A DNA stretch of 64,000 nucleotides from a virus (IMGVR_UViG_3300047494_000112:1-64000); one strand, 5' to 3'. Counted from the stretch's first letter, positions 28,887 to 38,714 are shown. Made by a program: numbers and translations. The notes: generated by a model not told the origin, from the sequence alone.

Positions 28887-30650
28887 TTATCGAGCGTTTT
28901 GAGCTTGGCGATGTCTTAAAGACGCAGCCTTGCTTTTTATGAGATTTGAGTAGTCAATATTAGATGATGCAGTAATTGGAATTACATTAGCTGCACTGGA
29001 CGGCTCGACAACATTTCCAGCCGATGCATGGACTGATACAGGAAGACTGCCTTCAGCCAAGTTTTTCGCCACTACATCACCTTGAGTAGGCTTTGCAGTC
29101 TCGAGAACATTACGCCCAACCGCGGCCGTAACGTATTTCGCAATCTCATTTCTTGAATCATAAGGTTTATCCATCAATTCAAGAGCACGAGCAATGATAG
29201 TTTTCATTAGTTCTGGACCCTGAGCTGTAAACGCTTGGTCTACCAGCAAAGAAGCATCACGAACTCCTACTTTTTTCAAAGAATCAGAAAGAGTTGAGGC
29301 GACAACGTTAGTTGCGTCTTCTTTTAAATTTTTCATTACTTCGGTAGCAGCAATAGCTAAGCATTGACGCAGGTCATCAACTAAATGACCTTTTTCATCA
29401 TTCAAAGCTTCAGTAGCAGCAAACACGCCTTCTTTGATACGTTTTTCAATTAACGCTGAAGCACGAATTGAATAGTTTAGCTGACGAACACCGAAAGAAG
29501 CCAAGTCTTTAATTAGGTTTCCTTCAGAGTTAGCTAAAACAGCATTAACTGTCTCGACCAATTTGGAAGGATTAGCAAATAACGGTTTAATGTTATCAGA
29601 AGCTTTGCTAGCTTCAAGAGCAATGTATGGCATGTAGCCAACGTCATTGACCATTGCTAAGACCATTGCCGAAGAAGTATCAATGGGAAGAACTGCCAAC
29701 ATGGCAGAATCTGAAGAGACAATTGAATGAAGAGCATCTGCAGCCGTCAAACCAATATTAACTTTGTTCTGCGCAGCTTCGTCAGCCATTCTGTTACCTT
29801 GCATCGTCGTCATGTCATCCATGTTGACAGTATTTGCTTGGGTATCATCAAGACCATCAGCATCGTTCATTTCAGAGAAATCGTCGTCATCTCCCAAATC
29901 AGATGCAGTGGCGTCCATGTCATCATCAGAATCATCATCAGAGTCATTGACTTCAGCTTCTTCATCAGGCGTTGAACCACCACCTAATTCACCTTCGTCC
30001 TCGTCTCCATAATCTTCTTCTGAGTCTTCATCTTCATCGTCGTCATCATCCATATAGTCATTTTCGCCGAGGTCTTCATCATCCTCGTCGTCATTACCGT
30101 CTTCGTCCCAATCGCCCTCATCTTCATCTTCAGAATCGCCGTCGTCATCCTCGTCATCGTCCATAGACGCTAAGATTTCAGAAGCTAAAAGCTGATCATT
30201 GAGACCGACTTTGGCATATTTGGCATCACCGTCAGATGCATCAGGCATATCATTATGCACAGCTACATCATCACCAATGTCTTCAGGCTTGATTACCTGA
30301 GGTATAACTTGTTCAGCCATTTCAGGAGCCATAGCAACAACAGAGCCGCACATTATGCAATGTGGTTTGGTTTTAGCTAAAGAATTGATTGCTTTAGCAG
30401 AAGCAAATAGAGTATGGTCACAGTTTTTGCAGTGACCGACACGCTTCATGTCATCTTCTTTTAATTCAGAAGCAGAAACAGTAATACGTGAATTAGTAAC
30501 ACGCTGCATGGCTTGCCCAACATACGGTGACATTGGAATCATGCACTCGTTGGCAATAACCTGGGCGTGTGTTTTCGGGCAACGATACATGGTCGCTTTT
30601 ACAGCTTCCTTGCTTTTTGCCGGAGAGCTGAGAAAGATTAAATCGCTCAT
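28887..30650 (-). CDS. Putative head scaffold protein with Zn-ribbons and a long acidic tract
   Basis: HCKNC and HCIMC motifs; about 100-aa D/E tract; helical C-terminus; upstream of decoration and MCP. Confidence 0.6.
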   Translation of the reverse strand: MSDLIFLSSPAKSKEAVKATMYRCPKTHAQVIANECMIPMSPYVGQAMQRVTNSRITVSASELKEDDMKRVGHCKNCDHTLFASAKAINSLAKTKPHCIMCGSVVAMAPEMAEQVIPQVIKPEDIGDDVAVHNDMPDASDGDAKYAKVGLNDQLLASEILASMDDDEDDDGDSEDEDEGDWDEDGNDDEDDEDLGENDYMDDDDDEDEDSEEDYGDEDEGELGGGSTPDEEAEVNDSDDDSDDDMDATASDLGDDDDFSEMNDADGLDDTQANTVNMDDMTTMQGNRMADEAAQNKVNIGLTAADALHSIVSSDSAMLAVLPIDTSSAMVLAMVNDVGYMPYIALEASKASDNIKPLFANPSKLVETVNAVLANSEGNLIKDLASFGVRQLNYSIRASALIEKRIKEGVFAATEALNDEKGHLVDDLRQCLAIAATEVMKNLKEDATNVVASTLSDSLKKVGVRDASLLVDQAFTAQGPELMKTIIARALELMDKPYDSRNEIAKYVTAAVGRNVLETAKPTQGDVVAKNLAEGSLPVSVHASAGNVVEPSSAANVIPITASSNIDYSNLIKSKAASLRHRQAQNAR

Positions 30651-30718
30651 GTTAAAAAATTATCCTTTTTGAAAAAGCAGGGAATTAAATACGCAATCTT
30701 GAGATTAGCTGAGAAAAG

Positions 30719-30918
30719 GAACCACGCACAACTGAATGCGCGTGGTTCAAGGTTACCGGAGGAAACGAAACAAGCAGAACAGCTTAACTGCTTGTTCACT
30801 TACTAAATTAGTAAAGTTTCCGTAAGATTTTGAAAGTTTTGAAATTATGCAAATCTTACCGAAATCTGACCGTAGGAAAAGGCGCACCAGCTTTTGCCAA
30901 TGCGCCTTAATTTAGTAA
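30719..30918 (-). promoter_or_regulatory. Structured leader/intergenic region upstream of the capsid operon
   Basis: Four 8-9 bp hairpins (30719-48, 30769-96, 30822-59, 30879-908) and an 11-bp inverted repeat TTACTAAATTA/TAATTTAGTAA (30800-10 / 30908-18). Confidence 0.5.
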
Positions 30919-30936
30919 ATTAGATTGTATTGTCTA

Positions 30937-32862
30937 TTATTCTTCGTCTTTTGCAATTTTCTCTAAAGCTGGAGGTACAGGAACGCCTTTATCCCTAAAG
31001 AATTGAACCTGTAATTGAGGGTCTACATAGCTCTTAGCCGCGGTGCCGCCTACATTTTCCGTTGTTCCGTCTTTTTTAGTACGCTGATGACCCAATATTT
31101 GTCCAACCTTTTGAGTAATGTCTTTATAGTAATCCATTACTTGTTTAGGAGTAGGATTTTTTGCTTTCAAAGGTTTTTCAGTAATAGCTTTTTGCCATGC
31201 TGCGTTCCCAGCTGCGTGCCTAAAAGAGTGCGGATGAGCGTCTTCTAATCCAAGGTATTTCATGTAAGCTCGAATCCTACCTGAGCCTACAGTTAGACCA
31301 TTTTTGGTTACCCAAATTGGGTCATTTGGACCTTTGCCATCCTTTAATTTAAGTACATATTGAATGAAGGCGGTTTTCTCAGGTGTATCAGGTTTAATGA
31401 CATGCCTTTGGACCATTCCAGATTTAGCAGGATAAGTAATAATCAAGCTTCCAGCGGCATTTGATTTAATGTGCTTGTTTAGCCAAGTAGTAACACCGTA
31501 AGCTTTTTCCTTACCTGTCGCCGCATTGCCTGTTGAATTACCACCGATACGCGCTTGAGTCTGATATAGCGCTTCCATAATTGCACCAAAAAGCTGAGAG
31601 CCTTCATCTTTGGAACGCAAGTCTTTGCGCCATTTCTGTTGAAGCATTGGCAACTTTTCTTCTAACTCGTTTGCAGCTCTTTGCTTGTCATCATTACGTT
31701 TATTTTTAACGTGATCCATAGTTTGGAAATATTGCCAAGCAGGAGTAGTAGCAAAATTAGAACGACCACGAGCATAAAATTCTGACTGATTTTTATGCCA
31801 ATTTGGATTCATTTCCATTACTCCACCAGCCTGACCCTTGTCCAAAGGCATACCTGTATGAGTGTAAAGCTCACCTCTTTCCCCTACATTTCCAGTAAAA
31901 CCTTTAGGAATAGACCAAGAAGGAAAACCTTTTTCTTCCAATTGCTTTTTAACTTGTAGAGCAGGTAAATGAGGTTGTTGAGATGAACGAATGACATCCT
32001 GAAGTTTTGCTTTATAAGCTTTATTATGATCTAATCTTAGCTTGTTATGAATTTCAGCATCTTTTGGTGAAAGGGCTTCAACTTCTTCTTTAATCAAATA
32101 TTGTGGATTTTTTCGATCTGTTTTTTTAGCAATCCAACGCTGGTATTTAGCAATGGGAGTATTATCAATGTTTACATTAGCACTTGGATGCATTATACCT
32201 GAAAGCTTTGGATCTTTTAATACTCTAACATTTTGTGCTAGTCTATCAAAACTTTTTTCTGATTTAGATTCAGCTCTATTGTTAAAATAGGTAAAAATAT
32301 TGGCAAGAAATCTACGTAAATCAGAAGTAGCACCGGGATCAGCTAGTATTTTTGCTCTCTTTGCATACAAAGCATCACGAATAATTTTTGTCTGATCGTA
32401 AATTATTTCATAGCTAGGAAGAGGATCACCTTTTTTATCTGTTAGTTTAACATTGGGATGAGAAATTACTTTGGTTATCTTGGCAATAGGGACACGCAAA
32501 TTAACCTTAAATTGAGCAAATACATTTACTGCTGCTTGCTGCCATTCTAATATTGTTTTAATCGGTATATTTGGAGCTTCACCTTTTTCCAAATAATAAG
32601 ATAAAACAGCAAAGTATTTTAATGCAGTAATAAATTCATCTGTTGTCATACTCATTACAAAATATCCGGCTGTTAATTTAAACGTTTTAGCTTCAATCAA
32701 GGATTCCAAAACCCCCAACTTTTCAGCTAGCTTCATCAATTCACCTAGCTTGATTGTAAAAGTTGCGTCCCAAAGAGATTGCGAATTAGCTACAATAGGA
32801 TGCAATTTTTGATTGGTTTGAACCAACCTAGAGACAATCCTAGTAAATTGCTTCTCGTACAC
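30937..32862 (-). CDS. DNA topoisomerase IB with long N-terminal extension
   Basis: Catalytic pentad motifs ARIG, PAKSG, HSFRH, ILGH and AAKSYVDP; GVTT motif; about 380-aa extra N-terminus. Confidence 0.85.
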   Translation of the reverse strand: MYEKQFTRIVSRLVQTNQKLHPIVANSQSLWDATFTIKLGELMKLAEKLGVLESLIEAKTFKLTAGYFVMSMTTDEFITALKYFAVLSYYLEKGEAPNIPIKTILEWQQAAVNVFAQFKVNLRVPIAKITKVISHPNVKLTDKKGDPLPSYEIIYDQTKIIRDALYAKRAKILADPGATSDLRRFLANIFTYFNNRAESKSEKSFDRLAQNVRVLKDPKLSGIMHPSANVNIDNTPIAKYQRWIAKKTDRKNPQYLIKEEVEALSPKDAEIHNKLRLDHNKAYKAKLQDVIRSSQQPHLPALQVKKQLEEKGFPSWSIPKGFTGNVGERGELYTHTGMPLDKGQAGGVMEMNPNWHKNQSEFYARGRSNFATTPAWQYFQTMDHVKNKRNDDKQRAANELEEKLPMLQQKWRKDLRSKDEGSQLFGAIMEALYQTQARIGGNSTGNAATGKEKAYGVTTWLNKHIKSNAAGSLIITYPAKSGMVQRHVIKPDTPEKTAFIQYVLKLKDGKGPNDPIWVTKNGLTVGSGRIRAYMKYLGLEDAHPHSFRHAAGNAAWQKAITEKPLKAKNPTPKQVMDYYKDITQKVGQILGHQRTKKDGTTENVGGTAAKSYVDPQLQVQFFRDKGVPVPPALEKIAKDEE

Positions 32863-32863
32863 T

Positions 32864-33499
32864 TTATTTTTCTCCTAATGCTTTTAGTCTTTGTTTTGCA
32901 GCAGTACTAACATCACCATCTTGATCTTTTAGTAAAGCTTTAGCATGGTTAGCATTTCCTTTTTCAGCTATTGCATGTCTTACATTCTCATCTGGATCTG
33001 AGACTAGCTTGTCTCTATGAGAGTCATTTCCATGCTCAGCTACTGTATGTCTTACATACCAATCTGGATCTTTAATTAGCTTGTCCCTATGAGAATCGTT
33101 TCCATGCTCAGCTACTGCTTCTCTTACATTCCAATCTGGATCTGAAACTAGCTTGTCTCTATGAGAATCATTTCCGTGTCTAGCTACTGCATATCTTACA
33201 TCTGGATCTTTATCTTTTACTAGCTTATTTCTATGGTAATCATTTCCATACTTAACTACAGTCTGTCTTACATTCTCATCTGGATCTGATACTAGCTTGT
33301 CTCTATGAGAGTCGTTTCCATTCCTAGCTACTGCATGTCTTACATTCCAATCTGGATCTTTAATTAGCTTGTCTCTATGGGAATCGTCTCCATTCTCAGC
33401 TACTGCATGTCTTACAGCCGAATCGGGATCTGATACTAGCTTATCTAAATGCTTAGGATGACCAATTTCAGCTAAAGCTTTTCTTTGCCAAATGTTCAA
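32864..33499 (-). CDS. LRV/HEAT-like repeat protein, family copy (7 repeats)
   Basis: TTG start overlapping the upstream TGA; C-cap TTAGGAGAAAAATAA provides the RBS for the TopIB gene. Confidence 0.92.
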   Translation of the reverse strand: MNIWQRKALAEIGHPKHLDKLVSDPDSAVRHAVAENGDDSHRDKLIKDPDWNVRHAVARNGNDSHRDKLVSDPDENVRQTVVKYGNDYHRNKLVKDKDPDVRYAVARHGNDSHRDKLVSDPDWNVREAVAEHGNDSHRDKLIKDPDWYVRHTVAEHGNDSHRDKLVSDPDENVRHAIAEKGNANHAKALLKDQDGDVSTAAKQRLKALGEK

Positions 33500-34674
33500 G
33501 GCACTATTCTCTTCATTTTTAATCTACTTTGAATTTTGGGATTAGAATCATTTAGAATATGTTGCTTTGACTCTCTAGGTAGGTCTTGCCATCTATCAAT
33601 TACATCATGTCTAACAACAGGATTAGCATGATGCGCCAATTTAGGCAGGTCTTCTTTTACAGTATTATCGGTAATATGGCCTAGCGTTGAAACATGTCGT
33701 TGATGGTGTAGATTAGGTAATACATGCTCAACATCTTCGTATTTAATGGGATGATTTTTGAGCAAATTATCATCAGCTGCACCCTCAATGCGTTCCAAAG
33801 AGTTGTGCTTAAACAACTCTTTGTTGTCAGTATGGTTAAGAATGTGATCAGGTGTGCTTTGTTTATTTTCATCTGTATCATTATAGACACTAGGATTACG
33901 TTTGTAGATAACATTTGGTTTAGCTGGAAAAACGTGCTCAGCCCAATCTTTTACATTTTTATGAAATTCAGGATTGGATGTACCATAAACTTTGAGATCA
34001 GCTCTTAAGATAGTTTTATGACCTGGGTGTTCAAAAGGGCGTAAAGCAACGCGAGCTACGGGATGAGATATACTAGGATCTGTTTTATGATGCAAATAAG
34101 CAACGTGAGTACCGTTTTCAATTTCGTGATGCAAGTCTTTTTTGTAGACACCTTTGTCCATATCTAAACATGAATCCCAACCTCTATCAGTGCTCATACC
34201 TGCCACATCGTAAGGATGACGTGAAATTGTTGTATCCAAATGGCTTTTACTAGCACTACGATAAGGATCATTTATATATGCTTGTTTTATCTTAACAGGC
34301 GCTTTTTGAGCTTCTAAAATTTTTCCAATTTTTAGCGAACGTTTTTTATCTGAATCTGATAAATGATGAGCAATTCCTTGTTTGTATCTATCAGGACTTG
34401 TCTCATAGCTGGTATATCTTTCTAAATAGTCTAATACATCTTTATTAGGCTTTGAAGAAGAATGTACAATATTATTAGGCAATTTTAACCGTGTTTTATT
34501 TCCGAATACGTGATCCGAGATAGGCTTGGTAATTTCTGTGTAATGATTTTTTCTTGAAGCTGAGTCTTGAGCTGGATAAGTTTCAGGACGAATCCAAGTG
34601 CTGACTTTTTTCTTTTGCTTTGGTGTAAGGTCAGCAGTAACCTTAATCATGTTTGACATCTTGAGTGGTTGCAC
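33496..34674 (-). CDS. Hypothetical phage protein (SRHPYDVAGMST...WDSC motif) with degenerate HEAT-like C-terminus
   Basis: Long ORF; C-terminal LAHHANPVVRHDV / ILNDSNPKIQSRL; the true start is probably a downstream ATG. Confidence 0.7.
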   Translation of the reverse strand: MQPLKMSNMIKVTADLTPKQKKKVSTWIRPETYPAQDSASRKNHYTEITKPISDHVFGNKTRLKLPNNIVHSSSKPNKDVLDYLERYTSYETSPDRYKQGIAHHLSDSDKKRSLKIGKILEAQKAPVKIKQAYINDPYRSASKSHLDTTISRHPYDVAGMSTDRGWDSCLDMDKGVYKKDLHHEIENGTHVAYLHHKTDPSISHPVARVALRPFEHPGHKTILRADLKVYGTSNPEFHKNVKDWAEHVFPAKPNVIYKRNPSVYNDTDENKQSTPDHILNHTDNKELFKHNSLERIEGAADDNLLKNHPIKYEDVEHVLPNLHHQRHVSTLGHITDNTVKEDLPKLAHHANPVVRHDVIDRWQDLPRESKQHILNDSNPKIQSRLKMKRIVP

Positions 34675-34864
34675 CTCTAGAAATTAATGCTTCAGCAGTA
34701 TTTTGATGCTTTAAAGCCAATTTTTGGTGGTGATTAAAAATTGCCTGAAATTGACTACCGTGAGGCAACAAATGATCCTTGCAAAGCTGGCATTGCTCAT
34801 GGTGATGCCTAGCATTCGAGGCGTGGTATAAAGCTAAATTTGAAATTAGTTCTTTGTTATTCAT
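34643..34864 (-). CDS. His-heptad small protein with CxxC
   Basis: YHASNARHHHEQCQLCKDH...HQKLALKH; ATGA-coupled. Confidence 0.7.
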   Translation of the reverse strand: MNNKELISNLALYHASNARHHHEQCQLCKDHLLPHGSQFQAIFNHHQKLALKHQNTAEALISRGATTQDVKHD

Positions 34865-35790
34865 TTTTGTAGCCCTTTATTATGTAGCCAAGCCTTTGCC
34901 AGAGTAACAACGTCTGGATCGTGGCTTTGAAGCATTTTACGGACTTCAGCTTCAGTGACACTAGCTTGAACGTTAGCACGCTTTGCAACGTTTTCAAAAT
35001 TAAAAAATTCAGCTGTGTCATCATCTTGGGTAGGATTTGGCTCTTTTTCCTTGGCGTTAGGATTACCTGAATTATCACGCAATTTTCCTCTGCCTTGATG
35101 ACCAGGTTTACCTAAAGTAATGCCATCAGAAAAACCAGGACGAATAGATGAGACTGGAGTACCTGTTTGAACTGCCACGTTTGCAAACATTGGAATGTGA
35201 GCCAAATCCGATGATAAAATCTTTTTTGGTCTTCCAATTTTAGGTTTTACATGGTTTGGATCTAAAGATTTGACAGCTTTTTTCACATGATATTTAATCA
35301 CGTTATCAATAGCTTGTCTAGATACACCGTGCATATCACCAATCTGTTTAAGAGTATGACCTTTTTTGCGTAAAGCTAAATACCTTTGTCCTGCTGTAGC
35401 CTGTTCACCTAATTCTTCAGGGTCAGGTAAAGTTTGTAGCTTTTTTAGCTTTTCTTGTTTTCTATGTTCACTAACTTTAGCATTTCGAGCTTGTTGATAC
35501 TCCAAATATTTTTTACGCTCTTCTGGATTTGTTTGATATTTTTGTTTTTGTTTTTCAACTTGTGCTTTATGCTTTTCTGGATTTGCTTCCCTGTATCTTT
35601 TAAATTGATCTCTTTTTTGCTCCTTAATTTTTTCACGAAACTCAGGATCAGTATGAAATCGAGTAATTATTGAGATATAAGGAGGAGATTTGCCAAAATG
35701 CTTTGCAACCTCAGTTTGAGTGTGCCCTTTGCCGAGCATGTCCAAATATTCTTGAACGTGGGGTGGAATAATGTGAGGTTTATTAGTCAT
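34861..35790 (-). CDS. Double helix-turn-helix DNA-binding protein
   Basis: GHTQTEVAKHFGKSPPYIS and GHTLKQIGDMHGVSRQAIDNVI HTH motifs separated by a K/E coiled coil. Confidence 0.7.
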   Translation of the reverse strand: MTNKPHIIPPHVQEYLDMLGKGHTQTEVAKHFGKSPPYISIITRFHTDPEFREKIKEQKRDQFKRYREANPEKHKAQVEKQKQKYQTNPEERKKYLEYQQARNAKVSEHRKQEKLKKLQTLPDPEELGEQATAGQRYLALRKKGHTLKQIGDMHGVSRQAIDNVIKYHVKKAVKSLDPNHVKPKIGRPKKILSSDLAHIPMFANVAVQTGTPVSSIRPGFSDGITLGKPGHQGRGKLRDNSGNPNAKEKEPNPTQDDDTAEFFNFENVAKRANVQASVTEAEVRKMLQSHDPDVVTLAKAWLHNKGLQK

Positions 35791-36016
35791 CGGCAGTAAT
35801 CAGATATTTAATTAGAGCAACAGCCATATCGTTAAGCTGAGCTCTATCAATTTGAATGTGAGCCTGTTCTCCCTGTTTAACAACTACGCCTTCTAAATTG
35901 TGATGAGGCTTGCTACGAATTGTAACGTAAACCCCACCGTCTGGATATTTGTTAATGGAAATGTATTCAGGATAACAGCCCTGTGTAGCTGTCCAAGCAA
36001 AAATGTTCTCAATCAT
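35783..36016 (-). CDS. Small hypothetical phage protein
   Basis: 77 aa; RBS supplied by the upstream repeat gene; FAWT...YPEYISIN motif. Confidence 0.65.
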   Translation of the reverse strand: MIENIFAWTATQGCYPEYISINKYPDGGVYVTIRSKPHHNLEGVVVKQGEQAHIQIDRAQLNDMAVALIKYLITADD

Positions 36017-36437
36017 TACTCTTTACTCCTAATTCTTTTAGTCTATTTCTTGCAGCGTGTTTAATAGACTCATCTTTATCATTCAATAGAGCTTTTGCGT
36101 GGTCAAGGTTTCCTTTCATAGCTACAGCTCTTCGTACTTCAGGAGAATAATCATGCAATAGCTTGTCTCTGTGCGAATCGTTTCCAGTCCAAGCGACAGT
36201 TCGTCTTACGGTAAAATCTTCATCATGCAATAGCTTGTCTCTATGGAAATCATTTCCATGGATAGCGACGGCACCTTTTATATCAGGATTATCAGAATGC
36301 ACTAGCTTATCTCTATGAAAGTCGTTTCCATGCCAAGCAACTCTTAATCTTACTCCAAAATTTTTATCCTCGACTAGCTTATCTAAGTGCTTAGGATGAC
36401 CAATGGTAGCTAGAGCTATGCGTTGTTTAATGTTCAT
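36009..36437 (-). CDS. LRV/HEAT-like repeat protein, more diverged family copy (4 repeats)
   Basis: MNIKQRIALATIGHPKHLDK cap; GND(F/S)HRDKL framework; KELGVK C-cap. Confidence 0.9.
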   Translation of the reverse strand: MNIKQRIALATIGHPKHLDKLVEDKNFGVRLRVAWHGNDFHRDKLVHSDNPDIKGAVAIHGNDFHRDKLLHDEDFTVRRTVAWTGNDSHRDKLLHDYSPEVRRAVAMKGNLDHAKALLNDKDESIKHAARNRLKELGVKSND

Positions 36438-37390
36438 GACTCAATTGGCTTTGCTATAGCATTAATGGCTGCAAACGTTTTCTCGTTTACTGATGAAAAA
36501 TGAAAACCTGATATCTTACCAGAAGCTGCTCCACCACCGGTTTTGCAGTTTGCTATCAAGTTCAGCAATGCTGGATTGTTTAGTGTTCTAGTGTAATACT
36601 TTGCAGTCATGCCAAATTCAGATCTCAAAGCTGTACGAGCTGCAGCAATGTTTTCCAATTTATCACTCTTGGCAATTCGATAATAGGTTTTACCTTTACT
36701 AGGAATTACTGCAATAATGATAAACATGCCAGGCTTTTTATCGTCACCAGCCTCTGCCTCATCGACTTCAATGCTATCCAGATCATGCGTAACAGTTAGC
36801 TTGACACCCGCAATTTCCTTCAACGGACCGGCCCATTGTTGAAAGGTTTTGCCATGAGCACCGGCTTTTGGATTAAACTCACCAGTCTTGATTGCAACGG
36901 TAAATTGCCATAGATGGCAACACTCATGCAGAAACGTATCGAATATATCAAATACAGTATTGTTTGTCTTATTGCTAACACCCAAATAATTTTCTTTTGG
37001 CTTGTATATTCCTGAAGCACCTTTGCGAGTAGCTGTGCCTAAATTGCATAAAGTTAATTTATCTTGCCAGATATATTTGTTAGCCCAATAAAACATGCAA
37101 GTCATTAGAGGAATCGTGCATACCTGAGCTTTTTTCATCAAGAAAAAGGAGCGAATATCAAAGTCAATGGGTTTGATTAACTTTTCGTGAGCACGAAACC
37201 ATTCTTTATCTACTGATTTTGGTATAAATTTTTCAAAGTATAAGATAGGAATAACGCGGTCCAATGTTGACGTCTGAGTTGTACCTTTGTCCAAAAGAAT
37301 TGTTGCCTCATTTCCCTGAACAGCCGTAGCAATACCAAGATTGTATAAACCAAGACCTGCTTTAATTAGGACTCTAGTGCCTGCTTTCAT
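36434..37390 (-). CDS. SprT-like zinc metalloprotease
   Basis: FLHECCHLWQ (HExxH) followed by HGKTFQQW; N-terminal SH3-like segment. Confidence 0.8.
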   Translation of the reverse strand: MKAGTRVLIKAGLGLYNLGIATAVQGNEATILLDKGTTQTSTLDRVIPILYFEKFIPKSVDKEWFRAHEKLIKPIDFDIRSFFLMKKAQVCTIPLMTCMFYWANKYIWQDKLTLCNLGTATRKGASGIYKPKENYLGVSNKTNNTVFDIFDTFLHECCHLWQFTVAIKTGEFNPKAGAHGKTFQQWAGPLKEIAGVKLTVTHDLDSIEVDEAEAGDDKKPGMFIIIAVIPSKGKTYYRIAKSDKLENIAAARTALRSEFGMTAKYYTRTLNNPALLNLIANCKTGGGAASGKISGFHFSSVNEKTFAAINAIAKPIES

Positions 37391-37767
37391 TCAATTGGCT
37401 CCCATTTTGATTTTTCATTTAAAACTTCAATTTTACTGGGAGGAATTTTAAAGGATTTATCTGAAAAAGCTAATCTATCAGACATTGCTCCGGATTGAGG
37501 CATGATAGATTTAACAGGCACATGATCTAATTTGAAGCGATAATGTTTGATACTTGGTTTGAACTTGCGTTTCCTGGCATCTACACTATACCAAAGCAAA
37601 TGTTGATTTGTCTTTGAAAAATCCGAAACTCGACCAGCAGGATAATTGACACTTCTTAGTCCTATCTTTTTTATAGACTCATGATTTTTAGGAGAACTGA
37701 TATGATAGCCATACTCATTATCCTCTAGTGAGGATGCTACATATCTCATCCTTTCACCTATTTTCAT
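37387..37767 (-). CDS. Small ADP-ribosyltransferase-fold protein (Tpt1/DarT-like H-type)
   Basis: GYHISSPKNHESIKKIGL first-strand motif; LLWYS; YRFK. Confidence 0.6.
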   Translation of the reverse strand: MKIGERMRYVASSLEDNEYGYHISSPKNHESIKKIGLRSVNYPAGRVSDFSKTNQHLLWYSVDARKRKFKPSIKHYRFKLDHVPVKSIMPQSGAMSDRLAFSDKSFKIPPSKIEVLNEKSKWEPIE

Positions 37768-38129
37768 TTGATAAAGCTTTCAGGAAATTCTGGCCAACAA
37801 TAGTCATGGGTTATCTCTTCGTTTTTCTTAATATTCATTAAAGCATAAAATGTAATTGTAGGTAAATTGCCATCTAACTTGCAATCCCAATTTGTATTAG
37901 GATAGTATCCATGATTAATCAATGATCCGTAGCCTAATGCTAAAAACGTTTTCCCTTTGTCCATAAAGATATAATTTGCACAGTCTCCTTCTGGTACAAA
38001 AATAATTGGATCTACCAAGAACGCTGTACCTTTGAGTATGTTTGTTCTGGCAAATACTCCACGACCCCCACGTTTTGATTTCTTTATAGCCAAATAAGGA
38101 TGAGATGAAGTTAAGTCAACGGTAATCAT
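37764..38129 (-). CDS. SET-domain methyltransferase
   Basis: GRGVFA, LINHG...PNT and EEITHDY SET motifs; 121 aa. Confidence 0.88.
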   Translation of the reverse strand: MITVDLTSSHPYLAIKKSKRGGRGVFARTNILKGTAFLVDPIIFVPEGDCANYIFMDKGKTFLALGYGSLINHGYYPNTNWDCKLDGNLPTITFYALMNIKKNEEITHDYCWPEFPESFIK

Positions 38130-38673
38130 AATTGACCTTTAGCGTATCAAAGACTGCACGACCTTCATATGGTGGCAAATGAAAATAATCAGCTATTCGT
38201 TTGAATGGTGTCTTGGCATACTGTTTGGATTTAAGATGAAACATTTGAATGTTACTTATTGTGCAATGAAAAATATAATGTGGAAGCTCAATTTGTAGCT
38301 TAAACTTTTTATGCAGTAAGTCAGATAATGACCTAAATCTATTCATGCCAGGAAAAAGTATTGCAATGGGCGCACCATCAGTAGGAGTACCTAAAGATAA
38401 CGGACGGACATGATGTTTAAAGCCAGAAACGTCAATTGGGTGACCTATTGGCTGTTCTTTTGGAAAATCCATAGGTAAAATTAAATGAGAGTTATGAAGC
38501 AAAGTGACATGTAAATGATGAATGTTTGTGCTATTATGTGGCCACCCAGACAAACCAGTAGAACGAAGATATTTGAGAATATCTCCTTTTGTTTGAAAAT
38601 CAGGGTAGGCACCAATATGTAATTCACGGGGCTGGTTGTTCATTCCCAAAGAATAGACGGAATTTCCTAGCAT
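38116..38673 (-). CDS. 2H phosphoesterase (Acb1/T4 57B-like)
   Basis: Two HxT motifs, LHVTL and FHCTI, about 70 aa apart. Confidence 0.7.
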   Translation of the reverse strand: MLGNSVYSLGMNNQPRELHIGAYPDFQTKGDILKYLRSTGLSGWPHNSTNIHHLHVTLLHNSHLILPMDFPKEQPIGHPIDVSGFKHHVRPLSLGTPTDGAPIAILFPGMNRFRSLSDLLHKKFKLQIELPHYIFHCTISNIQMFHLKSKQYAKTPFKRIADYFHLPPYEGRAVFDTLKVNYDYR

Positions 38674-38714
38674 ATTGTATTACTCCAAGCCTTATTCTAT
38701 TTTTACCAGAGTTT

